Of a DNA stretch of 64,000 nucleotides, positions 32,988-45,249 are shown in pieces. The notes below the pieces were generated by a model. The model had not been told where the DNA came from, made no database searches, and saw nothing but the letters and a program-made list of their open reading frames with translations. Source of the DNA: the human T2T-CHM13v2.0 reference genome, Homo sapiens; assembly GCF_009914755.1 (NCBI RefSeq), contig NC_060947.1. One strand, written 5' to 3'. A program made the position numbers and the translations under genes. Numbering within the stretch: the stretch's first letter is position 1; each line of letters starts with the position of its first letter.

Positions 32988-33629
32988 TCTGAAACACATC
33001 AGAAAAAATAAGAAAACTATGATTTTATACCACGTAACTTCATTCACATGTTTTATTAAGCTCTGACCTAACCAAACTATTCATTTCAATGTAAAATAAG
33101 AGCAATTAACCTGAATCCAATTATTAAAGTAAAAAAGGAACTACGTCCTTCAGTTTCATCATATGTTTTCAAGTAGTTTATTATCCTGAATTACAACGGA
33201 AAAGAATTAAGTAGTTCCAGTAAATTCAGAACTATACCTTTCATTGCAAAATAATTATGTTACGGCTAGATCGAATACAACAGACTTCACATGTCTATTT
33301 TTACTCTGTCTCTCACATACTGCTCTTCTGTAGTTATAAATTTCACAAGTGATAACAGTTTAAACTAAGAAATTAACTCAACAAAAAATTCATGGTTAAG
33401 ATAGTTCTCTTCTTCAGGTATTGAAGAATTGGTAGCAGATAAAAATTAAATTATATGAGAAAAGCTTAACATTTGGTGGATACATTTACAATATGCATAT
33501 AATAAGCAACTTCAATGTTGAAATGCTAAATTTCATGTAGAAGTAAAATATTTTTTCTTAATAGGCCATTTTATTCCGAAAAATAATATTATAAACACTA
33601 TTCTCGTATTCTTTCTCAGAAACAGACAT

Positions 33630-34047
33630 AAACATCCTGGATTTTCATGGTGCCCTAATGTTTATATCTGATTCTTCACTCGGGTTTGAGCCTGAAAACC
33701 AACTGAGGCCAATAGAATCCAAGAAGAAATCTTCTGTGCTGGGATGTGACTTCAGAGAAAGGTTTTCTTCCATGATTAGGAGTGATAAACTAGGCAAATG
33801 TTCTGCCTTGCCCTTGCCTGAATCAAATATATAGTCTGTCAGCATGAGATTCCTGGGGCTTCAGTTATAAGTATGTGAGGATGAGATCCCTCAAGGGGAA
33901 GCCTGAGAGAATAAAAGAAGACACTTAACCAACACCTGAACCATCTCTCTCTGGTATTCTTTATGTGAAAGTAATAAACCTCTAGGGTTTAATTCCATTT
34001 TAGTCTGGTATTCTAATACATGGGGCTGAAAGCATCTTAATTGATAC
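33630..34047 (+). mobile_element. Old MaLR LTR (MLT1J/K-like)
   Basis: 3' end ATGTGAAAGTAATAAACC...GCTGAAAGCATCTTAATTGATAC is typical of MLT1J/K. Confidence 0.6.
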
Positions 34048-34304
34048 TCCAGTTTTCCAACCACAAAAACAAAAATACTATAGCTGTCAACATGATAAAA
34101 GGCAACTTGTTGGATAAACAACTAAACTTATCACTTTGGTATTTGTCTTTACCTATTTCCCTGTTTTTATATAGTTAGGTTTTTTTCTCTGAAGTGAACT
34201 TTTATTCTGACTCAAGATGCACAGGACTATTAATTTCTCCCAAGGACTAACATCATGTCAGCTTCCACTCATAAATGAAAGAAAATCTTGTTATAAGAAT
34301 TACT

Positions 34305-34614
34305 GCCGGGCGCGGTGGCTCACGCCTGTAATCCTAGCACTTTGGGAGGCTGAGGCAGGCAGATCACCTGAGGTCAGGAGTTCGAGGCAAGCCTGACCAA
34401 CATGGAGAAACCCTGTCTCTACTAAAAATCCAAAAATTAGCCAGGTATGGTGGCAAGCGCTTGTAATCTCATCTACTAGGGAGGCTGAGGCAGGAGAACT
34501 GCTTGAACCTGGGAGGCAGAGGTCTCAGTGAGCCAAGATTGTGCCACTGCACTCCAGCCTGGGCGACAAGAAAGAAACTCCATCTCAAAAAAAATAAATA
34601 AATAAATAAATAAA
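34305..34614 (+). mobile_element. AluSp/Sq
   Basis: CCTGACCAACATGGAGAAACCC; perfect TSD AAGAATTACT (34295-34304 and 34615-34624). Confidence 0.95.
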
Positions 34615-34685
34615 AAGAATTACTAACATGTCAATACAGAGACAAAAAGTTCCCAGAAAACTTTCCCACTTGAAATGTTCATAAA

Positions 34686-36170
34686 GGGACTTTCCAGTTT
34701 CCAGCTCATCATGTAAAGAATGTGGAGGTCAACAGTCCTGTCCACACAACAACAACAAAAGCTGAACAAACTGAAATTCAACACCATATTATTGATTCAT
34801 CAGAGAACCTAGGGCACAGGGTAAACCACTGTCCCCAAAATTGGAGAGGAAGATAAGCAGATAGAATAACAACTTATTGAAGAAGAAATGCACACACAGA
34901 AATCCCCATGTTAACCAATCCAGAGTAGAAAAATCTAAACAGTAATTAATACATTTCTGGAGGATTTGTGTGAAAAAAGTTTGAGAGTTAAAAGCTCCAA
35001 GGTGGGGGTAGTCTTGGAGATGCTTTCACATTTTTGTAAGCTTTACTGCCAAGAGATAACTAGGTTCTCACAGTGAACATCAGAGAAAAATGTCTTAGTT
35101 ATTTCAGCAGGAGGAGAGGAAAAGTAGCCATTAGGAAATACTCTGAGAGCATTCAGTTTTTCACAAGGCCTGCCCTCAAGAAAGACTATTTTGTCAAAGC
35201 TGTATCCACTTGGGGTTTTACCAGAGGCTAACCCACCTGGAAGGAAAATATTCAACTCCAGCAATATCTGGAATCCCTGCATCACCTAGGTGGTGGAGGA
35301 AAGATGAGAAGCACTTACAAAGGTCATAGCTCAGGGAAACAGGCTCACTAAAAGGCTGAGGTCAAACCATAGGGCAATATAATGATTCTCCTTCCACCCA
35401 CATTCTAGCAATACATCAGTAAAGACCTATGTACCACAGTTATCCAATATATCATGACTTCCTTCCAACAAAAAATTACAAAGGATAGTAAAAGACCACA
35501 CAATTTGAAGAGACAGAGCAAATATAAGATCTGGATTCAGATATGACACAGATTTGAAGACTATCTGGTAGAAAATTAAAAATAACTGATTTAATAAGCC
35601 AAATATTCTAATGAAAAAAAGTCAACATGCAAGAACAGATGGATAATGTAAGCCATGATATGGAAATTTTAAGAAAGAATACAAAGAAACGCTAGAAATA
35701 AAAAACACTGTAACAAAAAAGAAGAATACCTTTGACAGGCTCATTAGTAAATTGAACATGGCCCATGAAGGAAACAGTGAACTGGAAGATAGCATCAATA
35801 GAAATTTCACAAACTGAAATGCAAAGAACAAAAATACAGAAAAAAAATAGAACAGAAATGTGAGATTACTACAAAGGGTATAACATATATGTAATGAGAA
35901 TACTGGGAAAAGAAGAAAATGAGAAAGGAACAGGAGAAATACTTGAAGCAATAATGACCAAGAATCTACTAGGATTAATGTCAGACACGAACCACAGTTA
36001 CAGGAATTTCAGAGCACACAGAGCAGTATAAATGTCAAAAAGTCTACACCTGGGAAAATTATATAAAGAAAATCAAAGACGGAAAGAATCTTGAAACAGG
36101 TCATAAGGGACAAAAATACCGTAACTAGAAAGCAACAAGGATAAGAATTATACTGGACTTCTTTTTTTAA
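34686..36170 (+). mobile_element. Ancient L1 (L1MC/L1MD-type) 5' UTR and ORF1; host of the TSC22D3 retrocopy
   Basis: 5' end GACTTTCCAGTTTCCAGCTC...AAAAGCTGAACAAACTGAAA; A-rich ORF1 remnant up to GATAAGAATTATACTGGACTTCT. Confidence 0.7.
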
Positions 36171-36779
36171 ATTGCAGCCTGTGCCGTCAGAACCAGCTGC
36201 TGCAGCCACAGAGGTAGCCAGAATCAGAGGGAAGGTGGGCTGGGCTGTGCAGGGCTGTGCAGGGCTGTGCAGGGTGGGGCAGGCTTCTGGCTGTCCACCA
36301 TGCACTGCTTTGGAGAAGGCTGCAAGCTTCCCAGCCCAGAAGGACTTCCTAGCTAGCTTTAAAGTCAGTGCCTCCAGAGCCAGCACGGTGGCCGTAGACA
36401 ACAAGATAGAGCAAGCCACGGATCCCTGGATGTGATGAAGAATCATCTGATGCATGCTGTGAGAGAAGAGGTGGAGATTCTGAAGGAGCAGATACTAGAG
36501 CTGATGGAGATGAACTCCTAGCTGGAGTGCAACAACACCCTCTTGAAAACCCTGGCGAGCCCAGAGCAGCTGGAGAAGTTCCAGTCTGGTCTGAGCCCTA
36601 AAGAGGAAGCTCCAGAATCCCAAGTGCCTGAGGCCCTTGGTGGTTCTGCAGTGTAAGTGGTTACACCAGCTATGCAAGGTGTCAACTTCTCATGAGATGA
36701 TGCTTGGGGAGACAAAAACAAACTGGAAAGAACTAGGTAAAATAAGTTTGGTGGCTTTGCTCACTCTGAGGACAGAACC

Positions 36780-37005
<226 letters not shown>

Positions 37006-37511
37006 GGACATGGCCACCTGGGTCCACTCTAGTGACAGATCCCCAGCAAAGAGTAGATCTCTGGAGGCTGATTTGCATGGGGTCTAGTAACTCAAAGCCA
37101 ATGAGCCTCTAATGCTACTGAACCCTGGGGCCTCCCAGGGACTGGGCAACTTAGTTGCAACTGGCAAAGAGGAAGGGTAGTTTGAGATGTGATACCAGTT
37201 TTCTCCAGAAAGTATAAGGGGCCTGTTTCTTATTCCATGGACATCTTCAGCAATTTCACCTGACAATAACTGTTCCTAGGAATAAGTCACTTGTGTTTTA
37301 AGCAGAGGCAGCCTCCCTTTTCTCCTCTGCTTTGTGAAAGCAGAGGACACAGATGGGACAGATTGAGCCAAGTCAGCCTTCTGTTGGTTAATATGGTATA
37401 AAGCATGGTTTTGTACACAGTGCAGTGTGAGATTACAGCTTTAGGATAACTGCTTACAAAGTTCTGCTTGGTTAGTATTGGCATAGTTTTTCTTAAAGTC
37501 ACAAATGCATG

Positions 37512-37544
<33 letters not shown>

Positions 37545-38067
37545 CCATAGGGCTAGATCTGTATCTTAGTGTAGTGATATATACATACACTCATCCACCT
37601 ACACGTTGAAGGGCCTAAACAGCTTTGGGAGTATTGACTGGTACCTTATCTCTTAAGGCTCAGTCTTTTGACTGTGTTCATTTACCATATTGATGCAGTT
37701 TCTCCTTTAGGTTAAGTAAGACTCATAAGTAAAGGCAGGGAGGGTGCCAGCCTCTGAATGCAGCCACAGATGCCTTACTGCTGCAATCCTTTCCCCAGCT
37801 GTCCACTGGAGACACATGAAGTCATTTGAATGCCATACCCACCATTCACTGATGCTGACTTCATAGAATGGGGTTAACGGACCAGTTTGCATTTCACAGT
37901 GTCATTTAAATTTTTTTTAATTATTTAAAAATAAATAAATAATTATGTGGAAAACTTACAAATGAAAAGAAGGAGGGTGTCCTACTGTGGATGAGGGATG
38001 GACAAGGGAATGGCTTTAATCAAATGGAGCCTGGGAGGTGTACACAGGGAGCTTGTCTGTAGGAGAG

Positions 38068-38425
38068 TGATATGCTTTGATTCTGTGTCCCTACCCAAAT
38101 CTCACCTTGAATTGTAATAATCCCCGTGTCAAGGGCGGGACCAGGTGAAGATAATTGACTCATGGGGATGGTTTTCCCTATGCTGTTCTGGTGATAGTGA
38201 GTGAGTTCTCACGAGATCTGATGGTTTTATAAAGTGCTTCCCCCTCCACTTGGCACTCATTCTCTCTCTTGCTGCCCTGTGAAGAGATGACTTCCACCAT
38301 GACTGTAAGTTTCTTGGGGCATTTTCTAAGCCATGTGGAACTGTGAGCCAGTTAAAACCTCTTTTCTCCATAAATGATGAAGTCTCCGGTATTTCTTCAT
38401 AGCAGCATGAGAAAGGACCAATACA
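38068..38425 (+). mobile_element. THE1 (THE1C/D-like) MaLR solo LTR inside the retrocopy
   Basis: TGATATG...CCCAAATCTCACCTTGAATTGTAATAATCCCC...GACCAATACA; 5-bp TSD GAGAG / GGGAG. Confidence 0.9.
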
Positions 38426-38545
38426 GGGAGTGTGTGATAGTTTCTGACACATTATCCTGATGTATGTTTCCAGGATTTGGGTTTTGATTTTTCAAATGTA
38501 GCTTGAAATTTCAATAAACTTTCCTCTTTTTTTTCTAAAAAAAAA

Positions 38546-39050
38546 GCTGCTAACAACAAGAAGGTACAATAAAATATTTAAAGTCTTGAAAACACCCCAC
38601 CAGCTTGAATTATCCATCTAGCCAAATTAATGTTCAAAAGTGAAGGACAAATAAAGACTCTTCCAGACAAACAAAAATTGATGCAATTGCTGCCAGTAAG
38701 ACTACCTGGCAAGAAAGGTTAAAAATATTTATCTAAAGATAAGGAAAATCACATAGGTCAGAAACTTGGACCTAAATAAAGAAAATGAGAACATTAGTAA
38801 ATGAATAAATGAAGGTAAAATAAAACATATTTCTTATTTTTAATGATCTAACAAATAAGTTTGTTCAAAATAATAATAGCAACAATGTATACAATTATTA
38901 TAGCTATAGATAAGTTAAATGAATGACAGTTATTATAGAGGAATGGGAAGGAGAAATTAGCAATACTTCATTAGAGGGTATTTGTACTGCTTCCAAAGTG
39001 GCATAGCGTTATTTGAAACTAGAGTTGCATTTATTGTAAATATGTGTTAT
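38546..39050 (+). mobile_element. Continuation of the L1MC/MD-type host (ORF1 C-terminus, inter-ORF)
   Basis: TTCAAAAGTGAAGGACAAATAAAGACTCTTCCAGACAAACAAAAATTG is an ORF1 C-terminal motif. Confidence 0.72.
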
Positions 39051-40100
39051 ATTATTTCTTCCGCTTACTTTGGATTCAATTTTCTCTTTTTCTAGTTTCA
39101 TGAGGTGGAAGCTTAGATTACTCATTTCAGATCTTTCTTCTTTTTAATATATAAATTCATATTAATTCACTGCTATAGATTTCCCTGTAAGCACTAGTTT
39201 TGTGGCATCACATGATTTTTGATAAGTTTTATTTTCATTTTCATTTAGTTCAAAGTATTTTTAAATTTCTCTTGAGACTTTTTCGTAGCCATGTGTCTTA
39301 CTTATTAGTGTGTTGCTTAATTTTTATGTATTTTGTGGTTTTCCAGCTATCTTTCTGTTGTTGGTTTCTAATTATTTCCATTGTGCTCTGAGAGCACACA
39401 TTTATAATTTATATTCTTTTAAATTTGGTTTAGTGTGTTGTGTGGCCTAGAATAAGGTCTATCTTGTTGAATTCGTGTAAGCTTGAGGATAATGTGTTTT
39501 CTCCTGTTGCTGGGTAAAATATCCTATAGGTGTCTATTAGATCCAATTGATTGATAATGTTGTTAAGTTCAACTGTATCTTTCCTGATAATCTTCTGGCT
39601 GGATCTGTTCATTTCTGACAGAGGGGTGTTGAAGTATTCCAATATAATAGTAGATTAGTATTGTTCTCTTTGCATTTCTATTAGTTTTGCCACATCTATA
39701 TTGACACGGTTTTTAGACACATTCATTAAATATTATTATGTCTCTTTGAATAATTGACTTTTTTATCACTAGGTAACAGTCCTCTTTATCCTTGACAATT
39801 TTTCTTGCTCTGAAGTCTACTCTCTCTGAAATTGATATAGCCACTCACTTTCTTTATCCCTTTACTTTTAATCTAGATGTGTCTTTATATTGAAAATAGT
39901 TTTTTTTTTTTAAGACAACACACAGTTGGGTCTTTTATAATCCACTCTGACAGTCTCTGTCTTTTAATTGCTGTATTTAGATCATTGATGTTTAAGGTGA
40001 TTACTGATATAATTTGGTTAATATCTGCAACATTTTTTACTGTTTTCTATTCATTGTCCTTCTTTCTTTTGATTTTTATCTTCCATTTTTATTCCGCCTC
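39051..40100 (-). mobile_element. L1M ORF2 endonuclease region, inverted relative to the adjacent L1 piece
   Basis: Minus strand reads ISVITLNINDLNTAIKRQRLSEWI near 40000 and EYFNTPLSEMNRSS...LNNIINQLDLIDTYRIFYP (39430-39642). Confidence 0.8.
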
Positions 40101-40109
40101 CTCAATCTT

Positions 40110-40480
40110 AATTGATGAGTTGCAAGATCTGGATAATGAGTTGCAAGATCTGATTGTTGAAAAGTGTGGCACCCTGCCCTCATCTTGTACCTGTTATCAC
40201 CATGAGAAGTGTCTGCTCCTATTTCACCTTCCACCTTGAATAAAAGCTGCCTGAGGTCTCCCTAAAAACTGAGCAGATGCTAGCACCATGCTTCCTGTAA
40301 GCATGTCATAAACTAAAATTCACTTATTTCTTATGTTTTTTTAATTATATTCCCCCCTCTAGAATGTAAAAACTACTACGTATGGCAGAAACCATGTCTA
40401 TCTTGTTCAACATTCTATCCCTTAGGCCAAGCATAGTGCCTGACACATAGGGGTCCCTTAATAAATATACTTTATATAAG
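40110..40480 (+). mobile_element. MST-type LTR fragment (~40110-40290) followed by an L2 3' end (~40310-40480)
   Basis: AAGCTGCCTGAGGTCTCC...GAGCAGATGCTAGCACCATGCTTCCTGTA; then CTAGAATGTAA...CATAGTGCCTGACACATAG...AATAAATA. Confidence 0.65.
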
Positions 40481-41009
40481 TAAGTGGACTGCAAATAGAT
40501 CTTAAAATGATCACATATATCTTAAAATGCACCTTAATATCATCATATATTGAGTGTCATGAAAATGAAATAAGATCTATAAATAATTATGTGAAGAAAA
40601 ATACATGTCGTGTTGGTGAGGGGGGAAGAGTTGAAGCAAACGTGAAATACCTAGCAGTCAAACTGAAACAGAGAGCTCACTTAAGTTGATGATAATGTAT
40701 CCAAACATTTTAAAGGTTATTTCAGTGTTATTGGAGCCACAGGTACGTCAACAAATTAACCAAAACAAATGTCCCCACATTATTAATGAATGATTTTTTT
40801 GTCTTAATAGTAAATCAGTTTCAAGGCTATTTCAGCAACCAAAGTCTAGAATTAAGACTTTAACAACCATGAAAAGAAATAAGGATAAAAAATTTGAGCC
40901 ACAATCAGGACACTTCAATCAACAGTAACTATACCAGGACCTCTTATATCCTTTGATTTTTTTTGAGGCAGGTTTGTCTCTTCTATTTAAATTTAAATCT
41001 AATTTTAAT

Positions 41010-42120
41010 ATTAATTCCTACCTATTTATCTTTGTTTTTGTTGCATTTGCTTTTGAGTTCTTGGTCATGAAGTCTTTGCCTAAGCCAATGTCTAGAATGG
41101 TTTCTGCACAGCAAAAGGACCAGTCAGCAGAGTAAACAGACAACCCACAGAGTGGGAGAAAATCTTCACAATCTATACATCCAACAAAGGACTAATATCC
41201 ACAATCTACAAGGAACTCAAATCAGCAAGAAAAAAAAAAAACAAACCATCCCATCAAAAAGTCCCTAAAGATATAAACAGACAATTCTCAAAAGAAGATA
41301 TACAAATGGCCAACAAACGTACGAAAACATGCTCAGTATCACTAATGACCAGGGAAATGCAAATCAAAACCACAATGTGACACCACCTTACTCCTGCAAG
41401 AATGGCCATAATGAAAAAATCAAAAAATAATAGACATTGGCATGGACGCAGTGAAATGAGAACACTTCTACATTGCTGGTGGGAATGTAAACTAGTACAA
41501 CCACCATGGAAAACAGTGTGGAGATTCCTTAAAGAATTAAAAGTAGAACTACCATTTGATCCACCAATCCCACTACTGGGTATCTACCCAGAGGAAAAGA
41601 AGTCATTATACGAAAAAGATACTTGCACATGCATGTTTATAGCAGCACAATTTACAATTACAAAAATATGGAACCAGCCCAAATGCCCATCAATCAACAA
41701 GTGGATAAAGATATTGTGCCACACACACATATGTATATATCTATATGATGGAATACTACTCAGCCATAAAAAGAAATGAATTAATGACATTTGCAGCAAC
41801 CTGGATAGAACTGGAGACTATTATTCTAGGTGAAGTAACTCAGGAATGGAAAAGTAAACATCGCATGTTCTCACTCAGAAGTGGGAGCTAAGCTATCAGG
41901 ATGCAAAGGCATAAGAATGATACAACGGACTTTGGGGACTCCGGGGAAAGGGTGGGAGGCGGGTGAGAGCTAAAAGGCTACAAATTGTGTTCAGTGCATA
42001 CTTCCGGGGTGATGGCTGCAGCAAAATCTCACAAATCACCACTAAAGAACTTACTCATGGAACCAAATACCACCTGTTCCCGAAAAACCTATGGAAACAA
42101 AAAGTTTTAAAAAATAAAAT
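41010..42120 (+). mobile_element. 5'-truncated, 5'-inverted L1PB1
   Basis: 41010-41102 is antisense ORF2; sense ORF2 C-terminus from 41102 ([23 protein letters not shown]); complete L1PB 3' UTR. Confidence 0.9.
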
Positions 42121-43745
42121 AACCCTCAAAGAAATTATTTCTTCAATACTGTAATAATTCATATAAGATGCTATTAAAAGAACACCTTTCCAGTAGTGAC
42201 GTTTCCACCAGTGAACTTACGCCAACTCTGTCTTCGATTCTCCAAAACCAATGAACTCTATTTCCAAGCAGCTTATGTGAACTTATTTTTTTGCCAATAT
42301 CAGCTTCCCTTTACTCTGCCTCTTCAAATGCATGCATGACTTGGCATAGCTGTGCATCTCAGGTTATAAACTTCATTTCTAATTCCCAAAGAAATTCAAC
42401 ATTTTTGGAGAAATATATATATATCTATATTATATGTATATATAAATTTTTAAACTGTATTTCTAATGGAAATGTGCTAGAGCTTAAGTATTGCTCCAAG
42501 TCAACAAATACTTATTTTGATTATAATATAAACCAAAGGTAAGTATTACCGATGATTCTTTATTGAGAAAAATCAAAGTAATTAGAATGTGTGTTTCTTC
42601 TCGGATCAGATGCATTAGTTTACTTTAAGCCTTGGAGTTTCTTTGAGTTTTCACATTGTCAGATTCTAGTATTGTCATTTACACTCTCTGATATTGCACA
42701 GGAATTAGGTTTAAAGGACAAAGTAAGGAAGTAAATGTATAATATTAATAAAATAATAGTAGAAATATTCATTACATTTTATAAGGGTAAAATATTTTTA
42801 TGCCACCTCACCCCCAAAATGAAATATATGGAAAGGAAATTTTATAATAAAAAAACTTTTTAAGAGCATATTTTAGACAGTGGCAAAGAAGAAGTACTAA
42901 GGAATTAAAAGACCAAATGGAAAATGAAGATATTTTACCCTTTAAATATAATGTGCAATTGATATAACTGCTGTTATATGTAAAAAAGCAGAAAAATAGT
43001 GATCACTCTCAGAAGAAAATGGGAACGCAGTTCCTGTTTTCTATTATGTGGATTAATGTGGATGACTGAGAACTATAAAAGGGGAGTCCCATCAGCTTTC
43101 ACAGGAATTGCCTTATTACTTAGTATGTTGATAAACACAAGGCAGAGATTTGGGGACACAGGATGCTTTAAGAGAAAGAAACTCTACGATTTTTCCATTG
43201 AAATTGATTAAATAATAATGTATTGTTTTACATACGCAGTTTTATGTAAGGAAAGGCAGAGGCTTTTCCTCAATCATCTGCTTGTTACAATTTTAACTTT
43301 TCCTCATTTGCGGAGAAGTGTTCTCCATGTTTTATATTTTTGAACAGACATTCCACAAATGAGGACAAAATGTTAATATATGATGGTCAGTATTTGGAAG
43401 ATGGTTTGGTTTGGTCTGACGTTCTAAACCAGAAGTCTTCAATTAGCTTCCTGCCACATATTCCTTTCTTAATCCTTACAAGCTAACGTGTAACCCTCTC
43501 CTGCAATCTGCAATTCTCACGCTCTCTACCCTGCCCTGCACACACCTAATTGAGTCCATATATATCCAAGTTTTACTGGTAAATGGACTGACCATGAATA
43601 TATACACTAGTCTGCTTTGAAAACATGGGCTAAGTTTATGTGACTACTCACTCAGAGATAATGTTATAAAAATGATTCAGGAGCTTTTATGGTTGAATAT
43701 GCATTTTTATGGTTGGAATGCCATTGGCTGTACATGTATTTTCTC

Positions 43746-44045
43746 TCTTTCTTTTTCTTTTCTTTTTTTTTTTTTTGAGACAGGGTCTTGCTCTGTTGCC
43801 TAGGCTGGAGTGTAGTGGCATGAACATGGCTTGCTGCAGCCTCTGCCTCCTGGGCTCAAGCGATACTCTCACTTCACTGAGTAGCTGCTAACACAGGTGC
43901 CTGCCATCACACCCAGCTAATTGTTTAATTAGCTGGGGTCTTTCCATGTTCAACAGGCTGCTGCTGTTGAACTCCTGGGCTCAAGCAATTCTTCTGCCTC
44001 GGCCTCCCAAAGTGCTGGGATTACAGGAGTGAGCCACCATGCCTT
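43746..44045 (-). mobile_element. AluJ
   Basis: GAGACAGGGTCTTGCTCTG and CTCCTGGGCTCAAGC twice (AluJ diagnostics); TSD-like ATGT(AT)TTTCTC. Confidence 0.9.
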
Positions 44046-44254
44046 ATGTTTTCTCAAAGGTTATATAACAGTACTCAACTATAAAATCACCTGTTCCTGT
44101 TCGTTTTATTAGTAGCATATGTGTAATCATTCTGTCATTTTTTCTAAGGCTATTGTTCTTTTTTCCTTTCAATGAAATTTGGTAATTTCTATTTTGCTAG
44201 AAATTCCAAGTTCCTCCAATTTTTCATGTTTTTGGCAAAATAGATAAATTGCTA

Positions 44255-45140
44255 CAGCATATTTGAAACAAGTCTGACAGTATATAATAACATTTCATAA
44301 TATACATACCACTTAATTTTGCAATCCCCACTTCTGAGAATCTAGTTAATAGAATCAATAATATATAAAATTACGCAATGTGGATGTTTATTATAGCATT
44401 GTTTGTTATAATACTAAAATAACTAAAAGCAGCTTTAATGTCCAACAATAGAGAAACGGTTTAATATATTTTAAATGTCATCTAAAAGCACAGGTTAATA
44501 GGTATAGAGTTTCAGTTTAACAAGATAAAAAGAGTTCTGGAGATAGATAATGGTGATGGTTACACAACAATATGAATGTTCCTAATACCGCTTAAACACT
44601 TAAAAATCATCAAGATGGTAAATTTTGTTACATGTATTTTACAACAATTTTAAAATTTAAAATAAAGCATAATGTTCACATCTTTTAAAATTATTATTCT
44701 TTTATTTATTCTTCTAGGTCAAGTGAAAGGACTACAAATCAAGATTTCTAATCAGAGAATGTGCTAAATATATATTTTCCCTATATGAGACGTGTTCAGT
44801 TAACAAGCACTAGCAAAGAAACAGAAATTTGTCTGAGACTATCTGCTAAGCAGGCAACGATCGCCTACCTTGTTTCAATGTATCATAACAGAAAATAGCT
44901 TAATTATATATAAATCTCTAAATACACTGGATTCTGAATACATAGTAACTGCTTAAATTCACATGTACTATTCTAAGTATTTATTTTAAACTAATAATAT
45001 CTAATTAAAAGGGCACTCTAAGATGTGTTAATCAATCTGATTTTAGTCATCATTATACAATGCATACATATAGCAAATCATCACATTGTACATCTTGAAT
45101 ATATACGATCTTTGTCCATTAAATATTTTAAAATAAAAAA
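44255..45140 (+). mobile_element. Short L1M 3'-end fragments (L1ME ~44255-44470, L1MB ~44493-44665, L1MA ~45015-45140)
   Basis: Recognisable L1M 3' UTR motifs, e.g. AGAGTTTCAGTTT...GAGTTCTGGAGATAGATAATGGTGATGGTTACACAAC. Confidence 0.65.
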
Positions 45141-45249
45141 TCACCCTGAGGAGATGCCAAACTAACTCAAAATATATTTAAAGTTGTTATATTATTTTTA
45201 TTATATGTTTTTTAATACTCATATTTCTTCACAGTTGAATGATTTTTTT

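Noticed and set aside
36172-36656. Functional TSC22D3 retrogene
   Set aside because: Start codon mutated to ACG, frameshift near 36425, in-frame TAG at 36519 within the zipper region, and CpG decay.
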